Assembly (NCBI GenBank): GCA_002269645.1
Contig: NIVC01003639.1
Coordinates: 1 to 64,000 of the forward strand
Source: Macrostomum lignano
Lineage: Eukaryota
DNA: 64,000 nucleotides
Reading direction: 5' to 3'
This document shows, piece by piece, positions 52,582-64,000 of the stretch. Numbering within the stretch: the stretch's first letter is position 1; every line of letters begins with the position of its first letter. Under the pieces are notes generated by a model, which worked only from the letters and a program-made list of their open reading frames with translations, was not told where the DNA came from and searched no databases. The translations under genes and the position numbers were made by a program.

Positions 52582-53270
52582 TTTTGCCCTTGTGTCTGTC
52601 TCAGTGTCTGTCTCAGTGTCTGTCCCAGTGTCTGTCTCAGTGTCTGTCTCAGTGTCTGTCCCAGTGTCTGTCCCAGTGTCTGTCTCAGTGTCTGTCTCAA
52701 TGTCTGTCTCAGTGTCTGTCCCAGTGTCTGTCTCAGTGTCTGTCTCAGTGTCTGTCTCAGTGTCTGTCTCAGTGTCTGTCTCAGTGTCTGCCTCAGTGTC
52801 TGTCCCAGTGTCTGTCTCAGTGTCTGTCCCAGTGTCTGTCTCAGTGTCTGCCTCAGTGTCTGTCCCAGTGTCTGTCTCAGTGTCTGTCTCAGTGTCTGTC
52901 CCAGTGTCTGTCTCAGTGTCTGTCTCAGTGTCTGTCCCAGTGTCTGTCTCAGTGTCTGTCTCAGTGTCTGCCTCAGTGTCTGTCTCAGTGTCTGTCTCAG
53001 TGTCTGTCTCAGTGTCTGTCTCAGTGTCTGTCTCAGTGTCTGTCTCAGTGTCTGTCTCAGTGTCTGTCCCAGTGTCTGTCTCAGTGTCTGTCTCAGTGTC
53101 TGTCCCAGTGTCTGTCTCAGTGTCTGTCTCAGTGTCTGCCTCAGTGTCTGTCTCAGTGTCTGTCTCAGTGTCTGTCTCAGTGTCTGTCTCAGTGTCTGCC
53201 TCAGTGTCTGCCTTAGTGTCTGTCTCAGTGTCTGTCTCAGTGTCTGTCTCAGTGTCTGCCTTAGTGTCTG
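52582..53270. repeat. 12-bp repeat (TGTCTGTCTCAG)n
   Basis: Read directly. Confidence 0.96.
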
Positions 53271-54329
53271 ATTGTCTCCGACGTGACCACCCACTTTCAG
53301 CAAAAGCAGGAGGGAGCCGCAGGGGCGGGGAATAGACAGGGCCTGGACTGTTTAGCAGCGAACGCCCTCCCCTGAATTGGATTGAACTGAGCGAAGACAG
53401 CGCAGGGCAGAGGATCGGTCTCAAAAGCTTATTCTGTTTATTCCATTTCAATATTTCTCCCGAGAGCGCCTCTGGCACATTGACAAGCATGCGATGTGCA
53501 TGCGTTCTTCTTTCTCCGCTCCCCTAGAAGAAGAACCGCGCCAATGACTCTAGGCAAGCCAGCAAAACTAATAAACATAATTGGGGCTGCAGAATCCCTC
53601 CGCAGACGGCGCCAAAGCCCGTTCGAGACTTGTGGGATTTCAATTCTCTTAGACGCCCAAAACTCTGAGCTGAGCGCGTGTCGCCGGCCTCCCCGCTTAT
53701 TCCTCGGGCCAGAGGCTCGACCGGCTTCGTTAGGCAGTTAAAAACGGCCGCGCTCTCCCTATGGGATATTTTTCCCCACGGGGGCGATTACGGCATCTCT
53801 GTGGAGGGGGGGGATGGAGGGCAAAGGGGGGCTCTGACCCCATGCTACTGCATTGGCTGGCGAGAGTCAAGTGTTGACCAGCTGACTTCGGAGACTCACT
53901 GGAACTGCTCAGGCAGCCCGCTGCCCACTGTTCCCCAGTAGAAATCCCAAATTTTAACCCCCCCCCCATCCATCATCCCGTCGCCGGGTTTCATAGGCAA
54001 TTTCTTGAATTGATTCGAGAAGGCGGGGGGACTGACCGGATTAACATAAGGCTGCCGACCCCCCGCTCCCTCAATAGCTGAGGGTGTTTATTATAAGTTA
54101 AACGGCCGCGTGTCACTTTATAATGTATTCGAATTTGAAATAGTCAAAAACTCGAATTTAAATTGACTATTGCGTCCAGCATTTTATTGCGTCACTTTTG
54201 CCGGAGGGTTCGGTTTGGGGTTCGGGGGGGGGGGGAATTGAGAGTTGGGAAATTTATTTGCGGTGAGAGAGGGATCGAGAACGGCTACAAACAGTCCGAG
54301 ATGTCTGAAAAGGTCAGGGAGGGTCGGGG

Positions 54330-54960
54330 TGCCTCCGGCTCCTCTCTCGGCCCCGAACCTCTTGTCCCGATTCCTGGCTGTGTCATCGACTCGCGCATCA
54401 AAGCGTGGATCAGGACTCAGCACCGCTCGACTTGGGCGAACCGCACGAACTGCAGGCAATCCAGAGGCGCTGTCCCTCAGCCCTCTCACCAGCTCCGGAA
54501 GCTCCTCTTGCGCCTCTCGCGCAGAGACATCCGGGCTGCCACCATGACCCTCTCTGGTCACGGCTGCTTCTCCAGGCACCAGCACCTGCAGGGCAACGCC
54601 ACCAACGCCACCTGTAGCTTCTGCAACTCAGGTGACGAAACCGCTGAGCATTTCGTCAGCATCTGTCCCGCCTTCACGCGGGCCAGACTCACTTACCTCG
54701 GGCCACACACATCTATTACTGAAGCGTGCAAACCCGAAAACTTTAATCAGCTCATGCGCTACCTTCGGGCCACCCGCAGGGCTGAACTCTCCTTTCCAGA
54801 GAGCACCATAGCTGCTGGCGACACTGGGGGACCTCCCTGGGCGGCGCCAACCCTCCGTCCATAGCGACGCGTCGGCCGTTCAGGGACTAGCGGAATGGGC
54901 GCCCGCGCCTTCCCGCTGTGTCCCCTCCGGGACAGCCCTGCAGCTAAGTCAAAGTAAGTC
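54330..54960 (+). mobile_element. 5'-truncated non-LTR retrotransposon (R1/I/Loa-type ORF2 C-terminus with zinc knuckle, 3' UTR and AAGTC-type tail)
   Basis: LSRRDIRAATMTLSGHGCFSRHQHLQG..TCSFCNSGDETAEHFVSICPAFTRAR..LG is the C-x2-C..E-T..H..C motif that follows RNase H in these clades. The element ends in TAAGTCAAAGTAAGTC. Confidence 0.85.
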
Positions 54961-55605
54961 AAGAGAGGGTCAGCGAGGGTTGAGTAGGGTTAGAGAGGGT
55001 CAGCGAGGGTTGAGTAGGGTTAGAGAGGGTCAGGGAGGGTTGAGTAGGGTTAGAGAGGGTCAGCGAGGGTTGAGTAGGGTTAGAGAGGGTCAGCGAGGGT
55101 TGAGTAGGGTTAGAGAGGGTCAGCGAGGGTTGAGTAGGGTTAGAGAGGGTCAGGGAGGGTTGAGTAGGGTTAGAGAGGGTCAGCGAGGGTTGAGTAGGGT
55201 TAGAGAGGGTCAGCGAGGGTTGAGTAGGGTTAGAGAGGGTCAGCGAGGGTTGAGTAGGGTTAGAGAGGGTCAGGGAGGGTTGAGTAGGGTTAGAGAGGGT
55301 CAGCGAGGGTTGAGTAGGGTTAGAGAGGGTCAGGGAGGGTTGAGTAGGGTTAGAGAGGGTCAGGGAGGGTTGAGTAGGGTTAGAGAGGGTCAGCGAGGGT
55401 TGAGTAGGGTTAGAGAGGGTCAGGGAGGGTTGAGTAGGGTTAGAGAGGGTCAGGGAGGGTTGAGTAGGGTTAGAGAGGGTCAGCGAGGGTTGAGTAGGGT
55501 TAGAGAGGGTCAGGGAGGGTCGGGTAGGGTTAGAGAGGGTCAGCGAGGGTTGAGTAGGGTTAGAGTGGGTCAGGGAGGGTTGAGTAGGGTTAGAGAGGGT
55601 CAGAG
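54961..55605. repeat. 30-bp G-rich minisatellite made of three diverged 10-mers with an AGGGT core
   Basis: GAGAGGGTCA / G[C/G]GAGGGTTG / AGTAGGGTTA. Confidence 0.96.
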
Positions 55606-57919
55606 AGTACATGTGAGATTTCGGGTAGTCAAGACAGACATTGACATCAGTGCAACATAATTTTAAAATTTGAAATTGACGATAAGCGAGATATTCAGAT
55701 CGATCGGCCTCATTGCTGTTGCAGTGTTGCAGATGTTGCTATAATGTGAAGCAAATTAATCTAGCCAATCACAAAGGGGCCACAGCACAGGCCATTGTCC
55801 CAGTCGAGACGGAACACTCGATGCCAAGAAAGGCCAGCAACGCTACAGAGTTAATGATATAAAATTACAGATTGCAGGCCAGAAATTCAAGCTTAGCAGT
55901 CTAGAATTCACATTTAGGAAGCCATTGAGTTGTCTCCACAAGACTGCCTGAGCTGCCTTTATGAAAGGATGATGACGGCGCCCAATTTCAAGGCAAATTC
56001 TTTTGCAACAATCTTCACTGGGGACGGGTTCTGCTGCTCAAACAGCAACCGAAAAACCTTTTTGATGCATTTTCTCCATTAGATAAGACAGAAAACAGAG
56101 GATGGAATCATGAGAAGAATTCCTGACCTCCCCAGGGGAGAAGCAAAGTGCAATTTTTATAGAAATCTGTCCACAAGTGTAGCTAAATGGTGTTTTTCTC
56201 CACGCTATCCGTGATTTGCACTCACAAATCTGGTCAAATATCGAATTGCAGTGATTGGGGTAAGAGTGACAAGCCAGGCTCTTTGCTGCAGTTAAGAGTA
56301 CTAACCATCTCAGGAAGTGCATTTCACAATTCCATAATTCATAGGTACCGATCTTCACATGGGCAGATTTTACTAGCCTGACTACTCATCAACTGGGGTG
56401 GAGAGAACTATCAAGCGGGCGATAAGACCTGAGGCATGGATTCAACCACCTCGCATGACCCCCGAAATACCTACGAGTAGATCGAGTGATTGGGATTGAA
56501 TACGCGGATGGAGGCGTTGAAGCAGGTCTACCCTGCCCTCAGACTGGGAGATGCCTGAACACTGCATGTGTACCCTTTCAATCCTCTCATGCTATGCAGC
56601 TAGTAGGAATGCCAGCCATCAAAAGTGTTGGAGAATTGCAGCGTGTCGGGAAGGTGGGAAATAAAAGAGAAAAGGCTCGACTGCTGTAGTAGGAGAGAGA
56701 GGCCGGGCCCGCCTGATGCAGGAAACTTCAGGTGAGAGAGGGAGATGAAGAGCGGGCCAGGGGATCTGCAGGTGGTTGACTTCCGCGGCCCGGGGGAGGG
56801 GGGGGGAGGGCAGGGATTGTCTAAAGTGGTTGCGCCCGCGGTGTGCGCAAGAAGGTTGTTTACACCGAAAACACGAGCGGATCGCAGCCCCCCCCCCCTG
56901 CCCAGCTTCCTGGGGTCAGAGAACTGGCGGTGCGTGGAAAAAATTGGAACAAAAAATTGCCTGATAATTTTTTCCTAAGGATTTTTACCCCCCCCCCAAA
57001 GGCGCACGGAGATTGTGGGCTGGGGGTCTGGTACTAGGGCGTGGACCAGTTCTGCTGAGAAACCCGAGTCGGTCTGGGAGATGGTGCTGGTGCTGACTGG
57101 TGCTCGCTCGCACAAAGGAAAACGGTTTTTTTGCGATAAAGCGAAGCTGCAGAGCTGAGTAGATGGAGTCACAGAGGTCTCCGGTTTCTCATCCCAGCCC
57201 TGCAGTCGGAGTGCTAGGAAAAATCTGAATCTGAAGACCCTCGCCTGCTCTGAATTGAGTAGATGAGTCAGTCAGGTGATCATCAATCTATTATTGGAAT
57301 TTCTACTGAAATTTACCGAGAGAAATCTGTAAGTTAAGCATTGTTGAACACGGTTAGTGCAACAGATGAATAGCTAATCCCAAATTAACAGTTTCGTGGC
57401 TCATCAACTTTCTGTTGGAATACTAAGATCTAGTTCAAGTCAAAACTAATCCCTTTTAGTGGTTTCCAGTCCTGTGAACTTAATGGTCCATGATCTACAG
57501 ACTCTGTAGGAAACAGCATAAAAGACGTAAGGGACAATTCATCAGGATTGGGAAGAACTGCGACAAGAGGCTGATAAAATCCCATCACGTTGCTGCCAGA
57601 GGTGCCAGCTGCACCCCGCAGCAGCCAGCCAGCCTCCCAAGAGAGCCGGGGAATGCAGGAGAAGAGGAAGTGGCAAATTACGGTTTCGTCTGAGGTGCGG
57701 GTGAATCAGGGACAAGTTGACAGAGAAGGATTTCCTGTAGAAAGCTGAGCACATGAGCTCAGAAGTCAGTAGAGCTGATGCCGCAACTGTGGGTGCAAAG
57801 CGCTTTTTGGGGAACCCATTTGGGATTCGTGCACAATCTTACTGTAAAGGAAGGTTTTAATGCAGTTTTTCGATTTTATTAATCCAAAGAGCTGCATATG
57901 CTCACTTGCGGTACGCAAT

Positions 57920-58478
57920 GTGTCCACTGGATCTGCTGGATCTGGGATGAAATGTGTCCACTGGATCTGGGATGAAATGTGTCCACTGGATCTGCTGGAT
58001 CTGGGATGAAATGTGTCCACTGGGTCTGCTAGATCTGGGATGAAATGTTTCCACTGGATCTGCTGGATCTGGGATGAAATGTGTCCACTGGATCTGGGAT
58101 GAAATGTGTCCACTGGGTCTGCTAGATCTGGGATGAAATGTTTCCACTGGATCTGCTGGATCTGGGATGAAATGTGTCCACTGGATCTGGGATGAAATGT
58201 GTCCACTGGGTCTGCTAGATCTGGGATGAAATGTGTCCACTGGATCTTCTGGATCTGGGATGAAATGTGTCCACTGGATCTGCTGGATCTGGGATGAAAT
58301 GTGTCCACTGGGTCTGCTAGATCTGGGATGAAATGTGTCCACTGGATCTTCTGGATCTGGGATGAAATGTGTCCACTGGATCTGCTGGATCTGGGATGAA
58401 ATGTGTCCACTGGGTCTGCTAGATCTGGGATGAAATGTGTCCACTAGAATTAATGTGTCCGCGGGATCTGGGATGAAC
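57920..58478. repeat. 25/34-bp minisatellite (CTGGATCTGGGATGAAATGTGTCCA)n
   Basis: Read directly. Confidence 0.93.
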
Positions 58479-60504
58479 TGCGACTCTGTATTGCCATGCT
58501 TTCGCACCCTAAGAATCCGCTGACTAAGAGGCCCCAACTTGACATCCAAACTGACTCACGATCACTAATGCCTTCAAAAATTTTCCCATTGAGGAAAAAC
58601 TTTCTCCTCAATTGGATCTCAGGAATCCCCCGTGCCCGCGGCCGGACTCGCCCCCTGGGGACAGTTTAGCCTCAGTAGCGGCCAGAGAGCTGATTGAAAG
58701 GCAAAAAGTGGACACACGGGCCGGCCCTCCAATTCATATCTCCAAAAGCTTGAAGTTCCGATTTCTTTATGAGCTTCTGTTCTCCATGCCGACTCGGTCC
58801 GATATCTCTCTCTGTACTGGCCTAAACCCCCACCAGTCTCAGCAGAGGATTACGCAACATTGCAGAACCCGGAGCAGCCCCCGAGCGTCAATCAGTGTCA
58901 GAAACCGCGTCCAGCTTCCCTCCCTCCTGAGTCTCTTTATCGGCGAATGAAAGCAAAACGAAACTCGCTCCGAAATACAATTAGCGAGCCGCTGCTGGGA
59001 TCGAATCGGAAAGCAGGTTTTTTCCCAACGAGATAATAGCGGATTTTTAAAAATGCATTGAGATTCGTTAGATTTGTACCATGATTTTTTTAATTCGGAG
59101 AAGGCCGCAGGCACGTACACTTCGTCTTACAAACTAGCTAACAAGCAGTCATGAAGGTCCCGCAACTTTGCTAGTTGATAAATAATCTCTTTAATTTGCT
59201 TTCAATAAGCAGACAATTTACTCACCTCAATTTCTTTCACTAAGAAACCGGTCGTTCCGTCCAGTCCAATACCAGTATTAATTTGGATAACTGTGCAAGA
59301 ATGCTTCTGACCATTCAGGAAAATGCCTGCTTTCCAATGCTCCAATTTTGTCTGCCTACGAGTTGGGCTATCCTACAGCAAAACGGCTTTACTACGAGTA
59401 TATCTGTGTTGAAGGCTTGAGGCCAGCCGTCATTGGCTGGGTTGGCCCCACAGCCAATCGCTGCATGGGCAATGCAGTTTTGCCAGCTATCTGCTGCAGA
59501 CAAAAGATAGGAAAGGACAGGGAAGATGCTAGCTAAGTGTTGGCTGATGCATTGCCCGGATGCATGCATGTTGTCTTTGCTCATTGTTGGTCAGGATTTC
59601 GTGCCTTGTTCTTCTTTTAGCCAAGTATTAAACCGGTTATAGAAAGCAAATCAGGAACTTTCCGCCATTCAAGCCAGCTGAGGTGGGGGATGGCGGGAAG
59701 CGGGGGAGATGGCCGCCTTGTCCTTCCTGGCTCTGGCAATAAACAAATGCCCAGAATGATAATTGGTTTATTGCCAAGGTCTAGACCCGCCTATCTCGTC
59801 ACTCACTAACTATTTTCAAAAGCCCCCCTTCCATGCACGAGTACTGGATAAATTTTCCAAAGGCGCAATAAAAACCAAGGTAGAAAGTTGCTGTGCAAAT
59901 GCGAGTTTTGACCTAATTTAAGACACAAGCACATTTCGCGTGGCTTGTTAGTAAAACTTCGTTAGCTATATGCTATCATTATTCTAACTTCATAACGTCA
60001 TCTGGATCTGGGTGACCTCAACTGCACTTTAATAGAAATGATGAAGAAGGCAGGACATGGCTGAACAATTCGGAACAGTTGTAAAAAAATTGCAACAAAC
60101 AATCCGATGCATCAAGGATTCCGTCTGTATTATCTACGAGACACAACATCTTCTTGAAGTATTTCAGTTCCTGCATTTTTGGAATCCTTATATTGGCGGC
60201 CGGCTGCCCAGACAGCATGAATCATTCCTCTTGTCCTGCAGTATCTAGGCATCCGCGCGGTATTAAGTTTATAGATCAAGGATCAAAAGTGCATCAAGGA
60301 TTCGTAAGTGTAGGTTGGAATATTGTCTCTGCGAGCTATTTCACAGTGACTAAGTGCGGAACCACAATTTAAATGAAGTACCAAATTTTATTACAGACTT
60401 GTCTGCTTGCGTTAGAATTTTCTGTGTTTCCAGTTCTGTACGACAGATTTATTCCTGGGATGGCACACTCTCACACGAATGGTCACTATCGAATCAATTT
60501 CCGA

Positions 60505-60825
60505 CGTGAGGCTGGTGTTAAGAAGGACAGAGATTATTCAAAAGAAGTACATTGTCGCGCGAGCGACCCTCACCCCAATCAATTTCTGGCGTGAGGCTGG
60601 TGTTAAGAAGGACAGAGATTATTCAAAAGAAGTACATTGTCGCGCGAGCGACCCTCACCCCAATCAATTTCTGGCGTGAGACTGGTGTTAAGAGGGGCAG
60701 AGATCATTCAAAAGAATGTACATTGTCGCGCGAGCGACCCTCACCCCAATCAATTTCTGGCGTGAGACTGGTGTTAAGAGGGGCAGAGATTATTCAAAAG
60801 AATGTACATTGTCGAGCGAGCGACC
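60505..60825. repeat. 85-86-bp tandem repeat, about 3.8 copies
   Basis: Unit starts at 60506, 60591, 60676 and 60762. Confidence 0.92.
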
Positions 60826-62382
60826 TCCACCCACCTTTATATGCACGTCACTAGCCAATCGGTATTTAGTCCATTTAGCCCAAGCTAATAGCCGTCCTCA
60901 TTCTCTATACAGTTCCAATGTATCGAGCACTGTTGACGGATTAACAGTGCAACTTTTTTGTTATCGAAGAAGTGCCTTCTAAACCGGAAAAAATTTTTAT
61001 AGCAGAACGCTGAAAGAGCGAAGGAAAGAAAGGGATAGTTGACAACTGATCCACCCAGTCCTGAATGGAGCTGCAGGAGTCCATAGGGTTGCGAAGAGTT
61101 CTGCTATAGCCAAAATAGGGGGGAATAGGTGAAGCAGCGAGAATTTCCTTGTTGCCTGCTCTCTTCAAAAACAAGGTGGCGTTTCGCGCCAGTTTCTGAA
61201 ATCAATATTGGCAACAGCCGCAGCAAACTAGCTGGTTAGTACGTGGATTATTAGTTCCCGAAACTCCCCTACCAGTCCTCTTTGGTCTGTTGCACGGGAT
61301 CAGTGAGTCTTGAAGAGGGGAGGCAAGGAAATGTCTCTGCCAGACGCCTGGCTTAGAAAGATTTTTTCCAACTTTTACATTCTCACTTAGTCCTGTTCCT
61401 CGCCAACAAGTCGTGTTTTGTGTTTCAAGCTCCATCAGGACTGCCAGCTTCCCCCTCCCTCCCTCCACCCCTGACACAATGCCTGTCAGCCCTAACCTCG
61501 CCGTCAAGCCAGATCCCAACGCAGGCCTTCAACAGCAGCGGAGTTCACTATAAAGCAGCCGATCCGCTGCGGTTTCAATCTTTAGTTAGTGATTTTTTTC
61601 TCTTCAAAATCCAGAAAACACTGTCCGGAGTCCGAACTGCCTCGTTTCCCTTTTTTAAATTGTGTGGCAACTTCTGAAACTTTTTGGTTTTGGGGAAAGA
61701 AAGAATAAGAGAGAGAGAGGCCGGTAAGAAAGGGCAGGACTAATGAGGCTTCTGGAATTTCACTGATTTCTTTTCACTTTCTGTTCTGCCCCACCGCGCA
61801 ACCCTCTGAACCGCTCAGTCTCTCCCTCACGACGCGCCACACCTCTCCTGTTGCAAAGGGCATTTTTCCCTGTCTTTCTTCTTGCAGTATTTTTTACATT
61901 TTCCCGCTGCCACTTTCTTCTCCTCCGCTGATAAAATAATGAATAGCGCTTCCCTCAAGACTGGATGCACAACTGGGTAACAGGGGGCCGCTGTGAGGGC
62001 GGTTTTACAAGCGTAAGTTAGCGAGGATGGGCCCCGTCGGTTACCAATTTCATGGCGGATAGCAGAGCTGCAACAAAGACCTACTACGCTCGTACACTGC
62101 CCATTATTGTCTGTCTGTGTCCCCCGTGCAACTTCTGCTGCACTATCATACAGACACAGCCGCGGCCCACCCAGCAACTGAGAGTTCGAGAGATTACACA
62201 CACCGCATCATAATCGTGTCAGCCAAGACGTGTCTGCTTCTGTAGAAATTACTGCTTGAGGATTCAAATTAACTTTCTGTGCTTATCAGTTTCTGTCTGG
62301 AGCGACTGCGCGGGAGATCTGAACAGGTCTGGCAAAAACCTCTAACGAATACAGCCTCGGCTCCTAAATCTGCCTCTCCGCT

Positions 62383-62857
62383 CCCTCAGCTCCTGAACCT
62401 GCTTCTCCGCTCCCTCAGCTCCTGAACCTGCTTCTCCGCTCCCTCAGCTCCTGAACCTGCTTCTCCGCTCCCTCAGCTCCTGAACCTGCTTCTCCGCTCC
62501 CTCAGCTCCTGAACCTGCTTCTCCGCTCCCTCAGCTCCTGAACCTGCTTCTCCGCTCCCTCAGCTCCTGAACCTGCTTCTCCGCTCCCTCAGCTCCTGAA
62601 CCTGCTTCTCCGCTCCCTCAGCTCCTGAACCTGCTTCTCCGCTCCCTCAGCTCCTGAACCTGCCTCTCTGCTCCCCCGGTGTCCTTGAATCTGCGTCTCC
62701 ACTCCTGAATCTGCCTCTATTCTTGGAATCTGCCGCTCTATTCCTGGAATCTGCTGCTCTATTCCTGGAATCTGCCGCTCTATTCCTGGAAACTGCCGCT
62801 CTATTCCTGGAATCTGCCGCTCTATTCCTGGAATCTGCCGCTCTATTCCTGGAATCA
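62383..62857. repeat. 29-bp array (CTGCTTCTCCGCTCCCTCAGCTCCTGAAC)n followed by a 21-bp array (CTATTCCTGGAATCTGCCGCT)n
   Basis: Read directly. Confidence 0.93.
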
Positions 62858-63558
62858 TACCTCATTAAACACTGTGGATTCTTATTCAAATCTAGCAATG
62901 AAAGCATTCAAATCTCTTGTCACTGCATTGAGGCCACACATTCAGATTGAGCTATTCAGTATTTCAATGCAACAAAGACTACAAAAAAAGCATTTTTCTC
63001 TTGTTGGCACACAGAGCGTTGAATCGCCCACCTGCCAATAATTATTTTTTCTTGGCCACACATTGCCCAGCGGGTTGTATGCGTCTTTTTAAAGGCAGCC
63101 CAGACCGAAATTATGATTCATTTTGCGAACCCGTCAAAACTGACACCCCCTATTGTCTGGTCTCTCATGGTCGCACAATAGAAGTCGAGGCTGTGCCGGG
63201 GCCTGTGACGCAATCTAATAACACACCTGCTTTAATTATTCAATCATCGTCATTCTGTTTGTGTCAAACTTGGCTAAAACGTCAACACTGTTCTCATATT
63301 TTAGTAACATTACAAACGAACCGAAAGAACAGAAGCACTGTTATATCCATTGTGACTTTTTCTACTTAAAAAACCGGCTCCCAGAAATGTCTAGATTTTA
63401 ATGGTTCAAAAAAGTTCTCAATGACACTTGAAAGAGGGAACCTGCGCTTCATGCAGAAGCTGCACAATATGCACTTTCGCTGGCCTCCTCTCCGCCGTCT
63501 TAGACACGCCCTCTTCAGTGATTTCAGAGTTCCGAAACGGTTCAATCTTCAATTTTTT

Positions 63559-64000
63559 AGACAGACCAACCGCGCAGGATCCATTGTGGCTTGAGTTCAA
63601 CCGTGACCCATACGTGTGCCTCAGGTACTTGGCTACTTTGGCCAACAGCAAGAGTTACTGGCGATGGAATTCCATCCCCGAGTCGGAATGGATGGGGGAA
63701 ATCCAAGTGGCCCCATCTATCGGGATAATGCGAAGGATTTCAAGTGAGTTGGAGATTTGAGTTCAGCCCTGCGGCAGCGACCACGTGAGCTCTCCGCCCT
63801 TTACTCCCAGTTGAGTGTCACGGAACTGAAGCCATGGCGTGAGCTGGAACCATTGATGGCCCACAATAATTGGGAGAATTTTCAGAGATGGGGGGATTTG
63901 GGCAGCTGGGCTTTTAATCTGCTGCCACAATAATCCATGCAAATGACGAAGCTGGAACATCATTATTTACTGGTCATCACAGCCCAGAACCGATTCTTCA
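63559..64000 (+). pseudogene. Possible disrupted coding sequence of unknown family, running off the window end
   Basis: About 60 aa of non-repetitive peptide, then a frame change near 63745-63770, then about 58 aa, then an in-frame TAA, then an open frame to the end. No recognisable domain. Confidence 0.2.

Overview
Eukaryotic, intron-containing invertebrate genomic DNA. It has GC-rich exons, AT-rich spacers and a very high density of micro- and minisatellites. A free-living flatworm such as Macrostomum is my inference from this style; the sequence does not prove it. Five host genes are supported: (1) a minus-strand multi-exon C2 + PH protein of the RGS3-N-terminus/PsGEF type (1.5-8.8 kb); (2) a KChIP-type neuronal calcium sensor with an intronless core (14.3-14.9 kb); (3) a TNFAIP8/TIPE-family gene (27.4-28.2 kb); (4) a three-exon secreted, probably GPI-anchored GlpQ-type glycerophosphodiesterase (37.8-40.3 kb); (5) a 7-EC delta-type protocadherin with a single-base frameshift (41.6-46.5 kb). 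Mobile-element remnants include a Penelope-like RT, the 3' end of a non-LTR retrotransposon, a Crypton-like tyrosine-recombinase stub between inverted motifs, and Helitron/Helentron-like ends. The most structured unexplained object is a 16-copy, nearly invariant 273-bp array bracketed by an (ATCT)n + 85-bp direct repeat, upstream of KChIP. A hammerhead-ribozyme-like core sits at 32.1 kb. No rRNA, tRNA or CRISPR array was found. Most entries in the ORF track are translations of simple repeats.
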